From Oculatellaceae cyanobacterium bins.114 (lineage in GTDB: Bacteria; Cyanobacteriota; Cyanobacteriia; Elainellales; Elainellaceae): a DNA stretch of 64,000 bases. The stretch lies in the NCBI GenBank assembly GCA_033764315.1, contig JANRJA010000065.1, forward strand, positions 21,794 to 85,793, read 5' to 3'. How positions within the stretch are numbered: position 1 is the stretch's first letter; each line of letters begins with the position of its first letter. Of this stretch, positions 11,767-20,952 are shown piece by piece. The notes under the pieces were generated by a model, which searched no databases, was not told where the DNA came from, and was given only the letters and a program-made list of their open reading frames with translations. Made by a program: the position numbers and the translations under genes.

Positions 11767-12380
11767 TGAGATCTAAAACAGAACAAGAACTCTTTTGGGA
11801 AGGGCAGTTTGGTAATGATTATACTCAACGCAATGATGTTTTATGGGAACAACGGCAACCCTTTTTTGCGACTGTTTTAAGCAAAACGTTTGGAGTCAAA
11901 ACTATTTGTGAATTAGGAGCAAATCGGGGACATAACCTTGAAGCGATCGCCCATCTTAGCTCCAATTTCGAGTTAACTGGAGTTGAGCTAAATCCATCTG
12001 CGTTAGCAAGTTTAAAGGCTATCCCAACTGTGAATGCAGTTCATTCATCGATTCAAGAATTTCAGCCAAACCAAACGTTTGATCTGGTTTTCACCTGTGG
12101 TGTCCTAATTCACATCAATCCAGATGATCTACCCCTGGTTTATCAAAAGATTTTTGACCTTTCGAGCCGATATATTCTCATCAATGAATACTTCAACCCT
12201 GCCCCTGTAGAGCTAAGTTATCGCGGGCATTCGGAGAAGCTATTCAAACGAGATTTTGCCAAAGAATTCATTGACCAAACCCAACACGTATCTGTTGTGG
12301 ATTATGGTTTCTTGTGGCAACAAGTTAATCCCTCCTGGGACAATACCACCTGGTTCTTAATGGAGAAAACCGCTGAATGA
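11766..12380 (+). CDS. Pseudaminic acid biosynthesis-associated methyltransferase
   Basis: TEQELFWEGQFGNDY, ELGANRG, GVLIHINP, YRGH..KLFKRDFA. Confidence 0.85.
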   Translation: MRSKTEQELFWEGQFGNDYTQRNDVLWEQRQPFFATVLSKTFGVKTICELGANRGHNLEAIAHLSSNFELTGVELNPSALASLKAIPTVNAVHSSIQEFQPNQTFDLVFTCGVLIHINPDDLPLVYQKIFDLSSRYILINEYFNPAPVELSYRGHSEKLFKRDFAKEFIDQTQHVSVVDYGFLWQQVNPSWDNTTWFLMEKTAE

Positions 12381-12383
12381 GTT

Positions 12384-13016
12384 ATGGCTGAAAATCAACG
12401 ACTAGTCGGTATTGTCAACTATGGCATGGGCAATCTTCGCTCAGTGGCCAATGCGATCGCCTCCCTCCAGTTTCCTGTTCAAATTGTTGATCACCCTACC
12501 GAACTGAGCCAATTCAGCCATATTATCTTGCCTGGTGTTGGGGCATTTGGGGATGCAATGAACAATCTGCAAACTCAAGGTTGGATTTCTGCTTTAGAGC
12601 GGGAAGTTAGGGAGAACAAAAAGCCATTTTTAGGAATTTGTTTGGGGATGCAGCTATTAGCCACCGTGGGTAAAGAACACGGTAGTCATAAAGGATTGGA
12701 TTGGGTTTCTGGCACAGTAGAGCGGCTCCAATCTGATGATCCAGATATTCGGATTCCCCATATCGGTTGGAATGATGCTCAGATTTTGAAATCAGAAAGT
12801 CTGTATGCTGGGTTTACCAAAACACCTGCCTTTTACTTCGTCCATAGCTATGTGTTGATACCTAGCGATCGCACCATTGTCAGTGCCACTACGTCTCATG
12901 GAACGGAGTTTGTCACCAGCATCGAATTTGATAATATCTATGCCACCCAGTTTCATCCTGAAAAGAGCCAAAAAGCAGGATTAGCGTTGCTCAAAAACTT
13001 TCTAGGTAGCACCTAG
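12384..13016 (+). CDS. HisH-like glutamine amidotransferase (glycan-locus paralog)
   Basis: LPGVGAF, GICLGMQ, FVHSY, QFHPEKS. Confidence 0.9.
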   Translation: MAENQRLVGIVNYGMGNLRSVANAIASLQFPVQIVDHPTELSQFSHIILPGVGAFGDAMNNLQTQGWISALEREVRENKKPFLGICLGMQLLATVGKEHGSHKGLDWVSGTVERLQSDDPDIRIPHIGWNDAQILKSESLYAGFTKTPAFYFVHSYVLIPSDRTIVSATTSHGTEFVTSIEFDNIYATQFHPEKSQKAGLALLKNFLGST

Positions 13017-13048
13017 CTCCCCGGCTGCTCGAAGCAGCCGGGGAGCTA
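13014..13048. repeat. 16-bp-stem hairpin of the AG(A/C)TCCCCGG inverted-repeat family
   Basis: TAGCTCCCCGGCTGCT-CGA-AGCAGCCGGGGAGCTA overlapping the hisH-like stop. Confidence 0.8.
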
Positions 13049-13076
13049 AAAGACACCTCTCTAGTTGATAAAAACC

Positions 13077-13865
13077 ATGCTTAAAAAACGTTTGATCCCA
13101 ATTCTTCTATTAAAAAATGGATTACTCATTCGCAGTGAGCTATTCAAAATTCATCAAATCATTGGCAACCCTATTCATGAAGTGCAACGGTTTAATGAAT
13201 GGAATGTCGATGAATTAATTTATTTGGATATTAGCCGCGACGATCAATACGATTCACGACGCGATGATCACAAAATTAAGAACCTAACCAATCCCCTTGA
13301 TATTTTGGACGAGGTGAGCAAAACCTGCTTTATGCCGTTGACCTGGGGTGGTCGCATTCGCACTGTGGATGATATGCGGCAACGCATTAGCCGAGGAGCT
13401 GACAAAATTACGCTGAATACAACGGCTGTGCGATCGCCAGAATTAATGACCCAAGGAGCCACTGTTTTTGGGAGTCAGGCGATCGTCGTCAGTATTGATG
13501 TCTTACGTCACCCTGATGGACAAACCGAGGTTTTTATTGATGGGGGGCGGGAAGCAACGGGCAAAAAGCCTGAAGAGTGGGCACGAGAGGTAGAGCAACG
13601 CGGAGCAGGGGAAATCTTACTCAACAGCATCGATCGCGATGGCACAGGCAAAGGCTATGATCTTGCTTTGATTAGTAGCGTTGCAGCAGCTACCACAATT
13701 CCGGTGATCGCTTGCGGTGGGGTTGGACGCTATGAACACTACGCCGAGGGCATTCGGGCTGGGGCGGCAGCGGTTGCCGCTGCTAATATTTGGCACTTTA
13801 AGGAACTATCAGATAAAGGCGGCAAACGAGCCTTAGCCAAAGCAGGAATTGACGTCCGGCTCTAG
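13077..13865 (+). CDS. HisF-like cyclase paralog (glycan-locus type)
   Basis: [43 protein letters not shown]. Confidence 0.9.
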   Translation: MLKKRLIPILLLKNGLLIRSELFKIHQIIGNPIHEVQRFNEWNVDELIYLDISRDDQYDSRRDDHKIKNLTNPLDILDEVSKTCFMPLTWGGRIRTVDDMRQRISRGADKITLNTTAVRSPELMTQGATVFGSQAIVVSIDVLRHPDGQTEVFIDGGREATGKKPEEWAREVEQRGAGEILLNSIDRDGTGKGYDLALISSVAAATTIPVIACGGVGRYEHYAEGIRAGAAAVAAANIWHFKELSDKGGKRALAKAGIDVRL

Positions 13866-13921
13866 CTTATCTAAAGCTCTACAAAAAGCGGTATGATTCC
13901 CGCAGTATTTGGTAGGGTGCG

Positions 13922-15157
13922 TTGCTCAACGCACCAACACACCCAAGTTTTGATGCACTCATCAATCTATATCCACCCATGCCAGTCCAATACTGTACTC
14001 GATGTGTTTATCCTGCTGTTAGCGCGGCTCCTCTCACCTTTGATGAACATGGCGTGTGTTCGGGTTGTCGAGTCCACGACCAGAAAAAAAATATTGACTG
14101 GGAGCAACGCTGGCAGTGGCTCAAAGAGTTAGCCGATGAATATCGCAGTAGCAGCAACTACGATATTGTGATTCCCGTCAGTGGTGGCAAAGACAGCTAT
14201 TTTCAAACCCATGTGGCGGTCAAAGAATTGGGGCTAAAGCCTTTGCTCGTCACCTATCACGGTAATAACTACTTGCCGGAAGGTGAGTACAACCTCTATC
14301 GGATGCGCGAGGTATTTGATTGCGACCACATCATTGTGCGCCCTGGTGTAGACACCCTCATCAAGATGAATCGCTTGGGTTTTAAGCTTCAGGGTGATAT
14401 GAATTGGCACGGTCACTGTGGCATTTTTACAGTACCGATTCAGGTGGCAGTGCGCTATAAAGTACCGCTCATGCTGTGGGGTGAACATGGATTTATGGAT
14501 TTGGGTGGCATGTATTCCTACAACGATTTGGTAGAATTTACTGCCAAGTTTCGCTTAGAACATGCGCTGCGGGGCTATGACTGGGATGATTTTACAGATG
14601 AAGGTTTAGAGACATTAGGACGAGCTGAACTCAAAGAGGGGTTGACCGCTAAAGATTTGTTGTGGGCACAGTATCCCTCCGACGACGAAATTGATGAAGT
14701 GGAGGTACGGGGGATTTACCTCAGCAATTTTGTTAATTGGGAGGCCAACGAACACTCGAAACTTGTCATGCAGCATTACGGCTGGAAACCGGCTCAACAA
14801 CCTTTTGAACGCACCTACCGAACAATTTCTAACCTGGACGACATGCACGAAAACGGCATTCACGACTATCTCAAGTTCATCAAGTTTGGCTATGGACGTG
14901 GCTCTGATCATGCCTGTAAAGACATTCGGGCAGGGGCGATGACTCGTGAACAAGGTATCGAAATGGTTCGCCAGTATGATCATGTCAAACCCCGACGCGA
15001 TCTGGAGCGATGGCTAGAGTATGTCGGGATGGCCGAAGAGGAGTTTGATACGATCTGCGATACCTTCCGCGATTCGCGAGTCTGGCGTATCGAGGATGGG
15101 CAGTGGGTCAAAGACAATATTTGGGGCGAACCCTCTGGCTATGGTGTGGTTCACTAA
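13922..15157 (+). CDS. N-acetyl sugar amidotransferase (WbuX/PseA-like)
   Basis: CxxC...CxxC N-terminus, PP-loop VSGGKDS, KFGYGR; adjacent to HisH/HisF paralogs. Confidence 0.88.
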   Translation: MLNAPTHPSFDALINLYPPMPVQYCTRCVYPAVSAAPLTFDEHGVCSGCRVHDQKKNIDWEQRWQWLKELADEYRSSSNYDIVIPVSGGKDSYFQTHVAVKELGLKPLLVTYHGNNYLPEGEYNLYRMREVFDCDHIIVRPGVDTLIKMNRLGFKLQGDMNWHGHCGIFTVPIQVAVRYKVPLMLWGEHGFMDLGGMYSYNDLVEFTAKFRLEHALRGYDWDDFTDEGLETLGRAELKEGLTAKDLLWAQYPSDDEIDEVEVRGIYLSNFVNWEANEHSKLVMQHYGWKPAQQPFERTYRTISNLDDMHENGIHDYLKFIKFGYGRGSDHACKDIRAGAMTREQGIEMVRQYDHVKPRRDLERWLEYVGMAEEEFDTICDTFRDSRVWRIEDGQWVKDNIWGEPSGYGVVH

Positions 15158-15246
15158 ATTCTTAGATCCTCCCTAACCCTCCTTAAAAAGGAGGGGATCG
15201 GAAGTCCTCTTCTAAAAATCTTTTGTACTTATTCAAATGTATAACC

Positions 15247-16242
15247 ATGCTCAAAGAATCAGAGATTCGACCCGATGAATTGATGAAGGATCAAGCTGCA
15301 CGACTTGCGGCTGATATTCGACGCTTGTTACAGCACAAGCATGAGTTTGTTATTGTGAATTGTCCAGCATGTGATTTTGCTCAGAGCCATAAAATCTACG
15401 AAAAATACGAGATTCAATTCGTGAGTTGTGAGGTATGCGAGACGGTGTATGCTAACCCTCGACCTCAACCTGAACATTTAGACGAATACTATCGAGAATC
15501 GGAAAATTACGCTTATTGGAATCAATACATTTTTCCAGCTTCTGAAGCGGCTCGACGTGAAAAAATCTTTAAGCCACGAGTGCAAAAAGTGCTCGATATT
15601 TGTCGTCGCTTTGATGTACCGACCCATACCCTTTTAGAGGTTGGTGCAGGGTTTGGCATCTTTTGTGAAGAGATACAAAAAACAGGAGTATTTCAACAAG
15701 TTATTGGAGTTGAACCGACGCCAGATCTAGCTCAGACGTGTCGCGATCGCGGTCTTACCATTATCGAAAAGCCGATTGAGCAGATTCACTTTGGCTCTGA
15801 ACCCATCAATGTAATTGTTAACTTTGAGGTAATTGAGCATCTATTTTCACCACGCGAATTTTTGGTGAAATGCTATGAATTACTATCTCCTGGTGGCATC
15901 TTTATTGTTACTTGCCCTAATGTCAAAGGATTTGATATTGTTACCCTCAAAGAGCAGTCAAGCGCGGTAGATAATGAACACTTGAATTTATTTAACCCTA
16001 ACTCTTTATCTCAGCTATTAGCATCTTGTGGCTTTGAGGTGATTGAGCAGCAAACCCCCGGACGCTTAGATGCAGAACTAGTCCGTAAAAAGGTTTTATC
16101 GGGTGAGTTTGATATTAGTCAGCAACCGTTTCTCAAGCAAGTATTAATTGACGAATGGGAAACTAAAGGTGAAGCATTTCAAAATTTCTTATCGGATAAC
16201 AACCTCTCGTCTAATATGCTGCTAGTTGCTAGAAAATATTAG
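15247..16242 (+). CDS. Class I SAM methyltransferase with N-terminal Zn-binding CxxC pairs
   Basis: CPAC, CEVC, LEVGAGFG, FEVIEHL. Confidence 0.85.
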   Translation: MLKESEIRPDELMKDQAARLAADIRRLLQHKHEFVIVNCPACDFAQSHKIYEKYEIQFVSCEVCETVYANPRPQPEHLDEYYRESENYAYWNQYIFPASEAARREKIFKPRVQKVLDICRRFDVPTHTLLEVGAGFGIFCEEIQKTGVFQQVIGVEPTPDLAQTCRDRGLTIIEKPIEQIHFGSEPINVIVNFEVIEHLFSPREFLVKCYELLSPGGIFIVTCPNVKGFDIVTLKEQSSAVDNEHLNLFNPNSLSQLLASCGFEVIEQQTPGRLDAELVRKKVLSGEFDISQQPFLKQVLIDEWETKGEAFQNFLSDNNLSSNMLLVARKY

Positions 16243-16245
16243 AGG

Positions 16246-17271
16246 ATGGTTATTCTGATTCGAGCCGATGCATCAGTGGCAATCGGCACAGGTCATATCA
16301 TGCGCTGTCTGGCTCTGGCACAAGGTTTACAGTCAGCAGGTCATTACCCGATTGTTGTCGCGGCTCAAATCACCCCCAATTTAGTCAGCCGTCTTCAAAC
16401 ATTAGACATTCAGCTCATTAACATTCCGCATGAACTGGGTAGTTTGGATGATGCTCAGGCAACGATCGCCCTGGCTCGTCTACAGCAAACCAGTTGGATG
16501 ATTGTCGATGGCTATCACTTTGGCGCAGAGTATCAACGCTGGATCAAATCGGCAGGCTTGAACCTACTGTTTTTTGATGACTATCAACATGCCACTCATT
16601 ACTATGCGGATCTGGTGCTGAATCAAAATGTCTATGCTCACCCAGAGCTTTATGCTAACCGTGAGCCTGACACTCAACTGCTATTAGGCACTCGCTATGC
16701 CCTACTCAGGCCAGAGTTTTTGCAATGGCAGGGTTGGCAGCGATCGCCCAATCCTGCCGCAAACAAGATTTTGATCACGATGGGAGGGGCTGACCCAGAC
16801 AACGTAACGCTAAAGATTTTGCAAGCCATTCAGCACATCAACTGCAAGTTGGAGGTCATTGTTGTCATTGGAGGCAGCAATCCTCATCGGGAGTCGCTTC
16901 AACAGGTGATTCAATCATCTCGCCACTCGGTTCATTTGAAGCAAAATGTGACCAATATGCCCGAACTGATGGCATGGGCAGATGTGGCGATCGCCGCAGG
17001 GGGCACAACCTCTTGGGAACTCGCCTTCATGGGTCTGCCAACGTTAATGCTGATCTTGGCAGAGAACCAACGGGCGATCGCTGAAAAATTGGGCGAATTA
17101 GGAGTTGTGGTCAACCTGAGGTGGCATCAGGATGTAACAACGGAGGCGATCGCGACGACATTGACTGAGCTTCTTTCTAACCCTGCCAAATGCCGTGACA
17201 TGACGCAGCGAAGCCAAAGCCTGGTAGATGGCAAAGGGGTTGAACGAGTTTTGGAATGTTTGGTGAACTGA
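16246..17271 (+). CDS. pseG: UDP-2,4-diacylamido-2,4,6-trideoxy-altrose hydrolase
   Basis: IRADAS..IGTGHIMRCL, VDGY, LLGTRYALLR, ITMGGADP, AGGTTSWE, AENQ, VDGKG. Confidence 0.9.
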   Translation: MVILIRADASVAIGTGHIMRCLALAQGLQSAGHYPIVVAAQITPNLVSRLQTLDIQLINIPHELGSLDDAQATIALARLQQTSWMIVDGYHFGAEYQRWIKSAGLNLLFFDDYQHATHYYADLVLNQNVYAHPELYANREPDTQLLLGTRYALLRPEFLQWQGWQRSPNPAANKILITMGGADPDNVTLKILQAIQHINCKLEVIVVIGGSNPHRESLQQVIQSSRHSVHLKQNVTNMPELMAWADVAIAAGGTTSWELAFMGLPTLMLILAENQRAIAEKLGELGVVVNLRWHQDVTTEAIATTLTELLSNPAKCRDMTQRSQSLVDGKGVERVLECLVN

Positions 17272-17374
17272 GGTTTATCCAGAGAGACGCGATTAATCGC
17301 GTTTGTCCTACTGATGGTTTGTCCTAACTGAATGGGCTATGGCTACAGTTAGCGATAAGTTAGCTACAACGATA

Positions 17375-17626
17375 TTTTGAGTGTGATTCAGATCACTTAG
17401 AGTTCCTTCGTTGCGGCTCAGAGTCCTTTCATTGCCACTTTGAGTGTGATTCAGATCACTTGGATTCCCTTCGTTGTCTTGTCGAGTTCTTCCGTTGCCG
17501 CTTTGAGTGTGATTCAGATCACTTGGATTCCCTTCGTTGCCGCTCAAAGTATCTTCGTTGGGAGTCAAAGTAACTCCGTTGACACTCTCGGCTGCTTCGA
17601 TGGCATTCAAAGAGGCTTCATTCCCG
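17375..17626. repeat. Array of 12 degenerate 21-nt units with 63-nt higher-order period
   Basis: Units parse at exactly 21 nt; (C/T)TTTGAGTGTGATTCAGATCA recurs at 17375, 17438 and 17501. Confidence 0.9.
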
Positions 17627-17777
17627 CTCGACATCACAAAATTCACTGAGTCTCTATCTCTAATGAGATGTTTTTCCAGTGCTGCTACGGAGTTACTGAT
17701 CTACTAATTAAGGGAATTTCAAGAGATAGGTAACGCACCCATAAACGGTGCATCTCAACATTCCAAGGAGTCAATTC

Positions 17778-18251
17778 ATGACCATTCGTACAATCGATGC
17801 AACCCTATCCTCAACGGATGTTGCAGAGGTTCTCACTGCTCTAGAAACAGTTCGCCAAAAGCTCTCATTTTTAATGGGTTTGACTCCAACTGAACGACGC
17901 CAATTGGCGAAATTAGGACTTAAATCGCAAACCTTTGTCGTTAAAGCTCTTGATGTTGCTACTCAATATTCCAATTTAATGCCTCGTTGCCTTAACATTG
18001 ACGAAGCTCGTCGAGATTTAGCCCTGTTTGAAGCTTTAAACCCTGTCCTACAATCGCTGAGCCAACTACGAGAATTGGTTGAAGATACGCAAATGGTGGC
18101 AGGCAGTGAAGCCTATGCCGCTGCACGAGTTGCCTATAGCTCCATCAAAACGGTTGGTAAAAGCATGGGTCTGGATGAAGTTAAAGATGACCTAGCACAG
18201 CGGTTTCGTAAGACTCGTAAAGTTCAGCCTCAAACTGAACCACAACATTAG
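17778..18251 (+). CDS. Hypothetical alpha-helical protein, function unknown
   Basis: AAGGAG RBS before ATG 17778; ORF with LTPTERRQL and DTQMVAGSEAY motifs and basic C-terminus. Confidence 0.75.
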   Translation: MTIRTIDATLSSTDVAEVLTALETVRQKLSFLMGLTPTERRQLAKLGLKSQTFVVKALDVATQYSNLMPRCLNIDEARRDLALFEALNPVLQSLSQLRELVEDTQMVAGSEAYAAARVAYSSIKTVGKSMGLDEVKDDLAQRFRKTRKVQPQTEPQH

Positions 18252-18276
18252 AGATAGAAGTTAAAGATGAATAGGG

Positions 18277-18312
18277 GCGATCGCTTGATAATGGGGGAGC
18301 GATCGCTTTTTT
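18277..18312 (+). terminator. Possible intrinsic terminator formed by two HIP1 sites
   Basis: GCGATCGCT...AGCGATCGC followed by a T tract, just after the 18251 stop. Confidence 0.4.
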
Positions 18313-18426
18313 GTTCTCATTAACCTGATACCCATTTGAATTGGCTTCGCTGCATATGATTCCGTAAGGGCGTTTCGCGAAACGCCCCTGCCCAAGGATC
18401 TGCCACAATCAAAAATTAAATCGGTA

Positions 18427-18509
18427 TGAGTTTGGGATAAGGATTTTGGCGGTTGAAACCGCTGCTACACGAGCAAAACCAACCTGAGTCGGTTCAGTAA
18501 ATCTTTGAT
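18427..18509 (-). repeat. Partial copy of the MITE/REPIN-like element at 26735-26901, inverted
   Basis: 83 nt matching the reverse complement of 26814-26896 with 7 mismatches (hand alignment). Confidence 0.85.
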
Positions 18510-18571
18510 TTTGGTGGCATTTGGGGCAGCGACTATAATTGAGGGCAGATGTTTGATCCTCAGTGCTTTCT

Positions 18572-20716
18572 ATGACCCAACCGCCCACCTACGGCCCCCA
18601 CAACCCGCACCCGCTGTCAACGCTACGGACGGAACTGGTGTGGGAGGGCAAGTATGACGAGTATGGGCAGCGGCGGGAAGTGGATATTGCTGGGTGCGCC
18701 ATGCCGATGCAGCGAATTGAGAGCATTGATGAACCGCGACGGGCAGCGGCGGCAACGGGGCAGTTGGAGCTGTTTGAACAGCAAAACCCCAAGCAGGATG
18801 ACTTTCGCAATCGGCTGATCTGGGGTGACAACAAGCTGGTGATGGCATCGCTGTTGCAAGAGTTTAAGGGCAAGGTGGATCTGATTTATATTGACCCACC
18901 GTTTGATGTAGGTGCAGATTTTTCGATGAGTGTGGCGATCGGGGATGAGCAGGAAGCGATTGAAAAAGAGCAATCAACATTAGAAATGGTTGCTTATCGA
19001 GATATTTGGGGAAAAGGAACCGATTCTTTTCTGCAAATGATCTATGAACGACTTGTCCTTGCTAGAGAATTACTCACCGACAAAGGTTTGATATTTGTTC
19101 ATATCGGTTGGTTTGTATCTCATCAAGTCAAAGCAATAATTGATGATGTTTTTGGCAATAGCCAGTTCTTAAATCAAATTATTTGGAAAAGGCAAACAGC
19201 CCATAGTGATGTTGGTCAAGGTTCGCAGCATCTTGGACGTATTCATGATGTTATATTTCTGTATTCCAAGTCTGAGAATTTTACATGGAATATGCAGTAC
19301 CAGCCATATTCTGAGGAGTACATAAATTCTTTCTATAAACACATAGAGCCAGAAACAGGACGCAGATATCGACTTAGCGATACAACTGGCCCCGGAGGTG
19401 CTTCAAAGGGTAATCCGCGCTATGAATTCTTAGGAGTAACACGATATTGGCGATTTAAACAAGAACGCATGGAGGAGCTTTATAAACAGGGACGCATAGT
19501 TCAAACTAAACCAGGAACCGTTCCGCAACAAAAACGCTATTTAGATGAGATGTCAGGAGTACCTATCCAGGACCTATGGTTAGATATCAATACTGTCCAG
19601 CCTCAGTCATTAGAAAGACTTGGATATGAAACTCAAAAGCCAGAAACTCTTCTCGAACGAGTGATTTCTCTAGCTTCCAACGAGGGCGATCTGGTGGCAG
19701 ATTTCTTTTGTGGCAGTGGCACGACCGGGGCGGTTGCCGAGCGGTTGGGGCGCAGGTGGCTGATGTGTGACTTGGGGCGGTTTGCCATTCACACGTCGCG
19801 CAAGCGGATGATTGAGCTACAGCGCAAGCTGCACGGTGAGGGCAAACCCTATCGCGCCTTTGATGTCTATAACCTGGGACGCTATGAGCGGCAGTGGTGG
19901 CAAAAGGATCGCTTGCAGGGGGCAGATGCAGAACATCGACGGGTGATTCTGGAGTTCTTCAAAGCGGAGGTGCTGACCAACCCACCCTCTCCCTTGCTGC
20001 ATGGGCGCAAAGCCGGGGCATTTTGTCATGTGGATGGCATCGACTCGATGTTTACCCGCGAAGAAGCGAAACAGGTGGCGCAGGCAACGGCGCAGGCGGG
20101 TGGGCGCGAGTGTTATTGCCTCGCCTGGGAGTTTGAGATGGATTTGCATTTGCTGGTCAATGCCCTGACGCACGAGTTGGGCGTGAAGCTGAAGCTGGTG
20201 CAGATTCCCCGCGAGATTATGGAGAAGAATCGCAAGGCTCCACCGCCGTTTTTGGAAGTCGCTGTCCTCGCCGCCGAACCCGTCTACCGTAAAGCAACGA
20301 CTGAAGTCGTTACTACAAACAAGGCTCGTAGTGAGGACTTTAGACCTCAAACCGTTACTACAAACAAGGCTCGTAGTGAGGACTTTAGTCCTCAAACCCA
20401 CAGCGTAGATATCAAACTCACCCAGTTCCTCCCCTCCCTCGCCGAAGTGCCCACCAAAGAACTGGAAGCGATCAAAGAACGGGCGATCGCAAGCGGTTTT
20501 GATTTTATTGACTTCTGGGCGATCGATTTCCACTGGCAACCGGGCAAACCCTTTACCCACGACTGGCAAGACTACCGGACACGGAAGGATCGATCGCTCA
20601 AAACCATCAGCGATGCGAGCTACACCTATCCTGCTCCGGGCAAATACACCGCCTGCGTCAAAGTCGTCGATACCTTCGGCTGCGACACCTCGATTACCGT
20701 AGAGGTAGAAGTATGA
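18572..20716 (+). CDS. Type III-like R-M DNA methyltransferase (Mod, beta class)
   Basis: NRLIWGDN, IYIDPPF, YETQKPETLLERVI, DFFCGSGTT; upstream of a Res-like helicase. Confidence 0.9.
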   Translation: MTQPPTYGPHNPHPLSTLRTELVWEGKYDEYGQRREVDIAGCAMPMQRIESIDEPRRAAAATGQLELFEQQNPKQDDFRNRLIWGDNKLVMASLLQEFKGKVDLIYIDPPFDVGADFSMSVAIGDEQEAIEKEQSTLEMVAYRDIWGKGTDSFLQMIYERLVLARELLTDKGLIFVHIGWFVSHQVKAIIDDVFGNSQFLNQIIWKRQTAHSDVGQGSQHLGRIHDVIFLYSKSENFTWNMQYQPYSEEYINSFYKHIEPETGRRYRLSDTTGPGGASKGNPRYEFLGVTRYWRFKQERMEELYKQGRIVQTKPGTVPQQKRYLDEMSGVPIQDLWLDINTVQPQSLERLGYETQKPETLLERVISLASNEGDLVADFFCGSGTTGAVAERLGRRWLMCDLGRFAIHTSRKRMIELQRKLHGEGKPYRAFDVYNLGRYERQWWQKDRLQGADAEHRRVILEFFKAEVLTNPPSPLLHGRKAGAFCHVDGIDSMFTREEAKQVAQATAQAGGRECYCLAWEFEMDLHLLVNALTHELGVKLKLVQIPREIMEKNRKAPPPFLEVAVLAAEPVYRKATTEVVTTNKARSEDFRPQTVTTNKARSEDFSPQTHSVDIKLTQFLPSLAEVPTKELEAIKERAIASGFDFIDFWAIDFHWQPGKPFTHDWQDYRTRKDRSLKTISDASYTYPAPGKYTACVKVVDTFGCDTSITVEVEV
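20296..20397. repeat. In-frame REP-like cluster inside mod (3 hairpins, 45-bp tandem duplication)
   Basis: GTAG hairpins at 20296-20316(-), 20328-20349(+), 20373-20394(+); peptide TTEVVTTNKARSEDFRPQTVTTNKARSEDFSPQ. Confidence 0.9.
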
Positions 20717-20926
20717 ACATCGCCCGTAATGAGGTTCGTAGTGAGGACTTTAGTCCTCATGTTCCGGAGAGGTGGAAGTATGAACATCACTCGTAATGAG
20801 GTTCGTAGTGAGGACTTTAGTCCTCATGTTCCGGAGAGGTGGAAGTATGAACATCGCTCGTAATGAGGTTCGTAGTGAGGACTTTAGTCCTCATGTTCCG
20901 GAGAAAACGACTAAAGTCGTTACTAC
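20702..20926. repeat. 3 x 67-bp tandem repeat, each with a GTAG REP, plus one inverted REP
   Basis: Units start at 20702, 20769, 20836; GTAGTGAGGACTTTAGTCCTCA at 20738, 20805, 20872; inverted copy 20906-20926. Confidence 0.92.
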
Positions 20927-20952
20927 GAACGTTGAGGTTGGAGGTACTTGCC

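Noticed and set aside
12384..13865. Histidine biosynthesis hisH/hisF
   Set aside because: Next to a WbuX-like amidotransferase in a glycan locus; best read as ammonia-supplying paralogs.
17375..17626. CRISPR array
   Set aside because: Three repeats at 63-nt spacing, but the 'spacers' are themselves related 21-nt units.
20702..20902. CRISPR array (palindromic repeats at regular spacing)
   Set aside because: Intervening sequences are near-identical rather than unique spacers; no cas genes; it is a tandem REP unit.
20863..20952. N-terminal extension of the RAYT in the ORF track
   Set aside because: It is translated repeat DNA; the RBS precedes ATG 20953.
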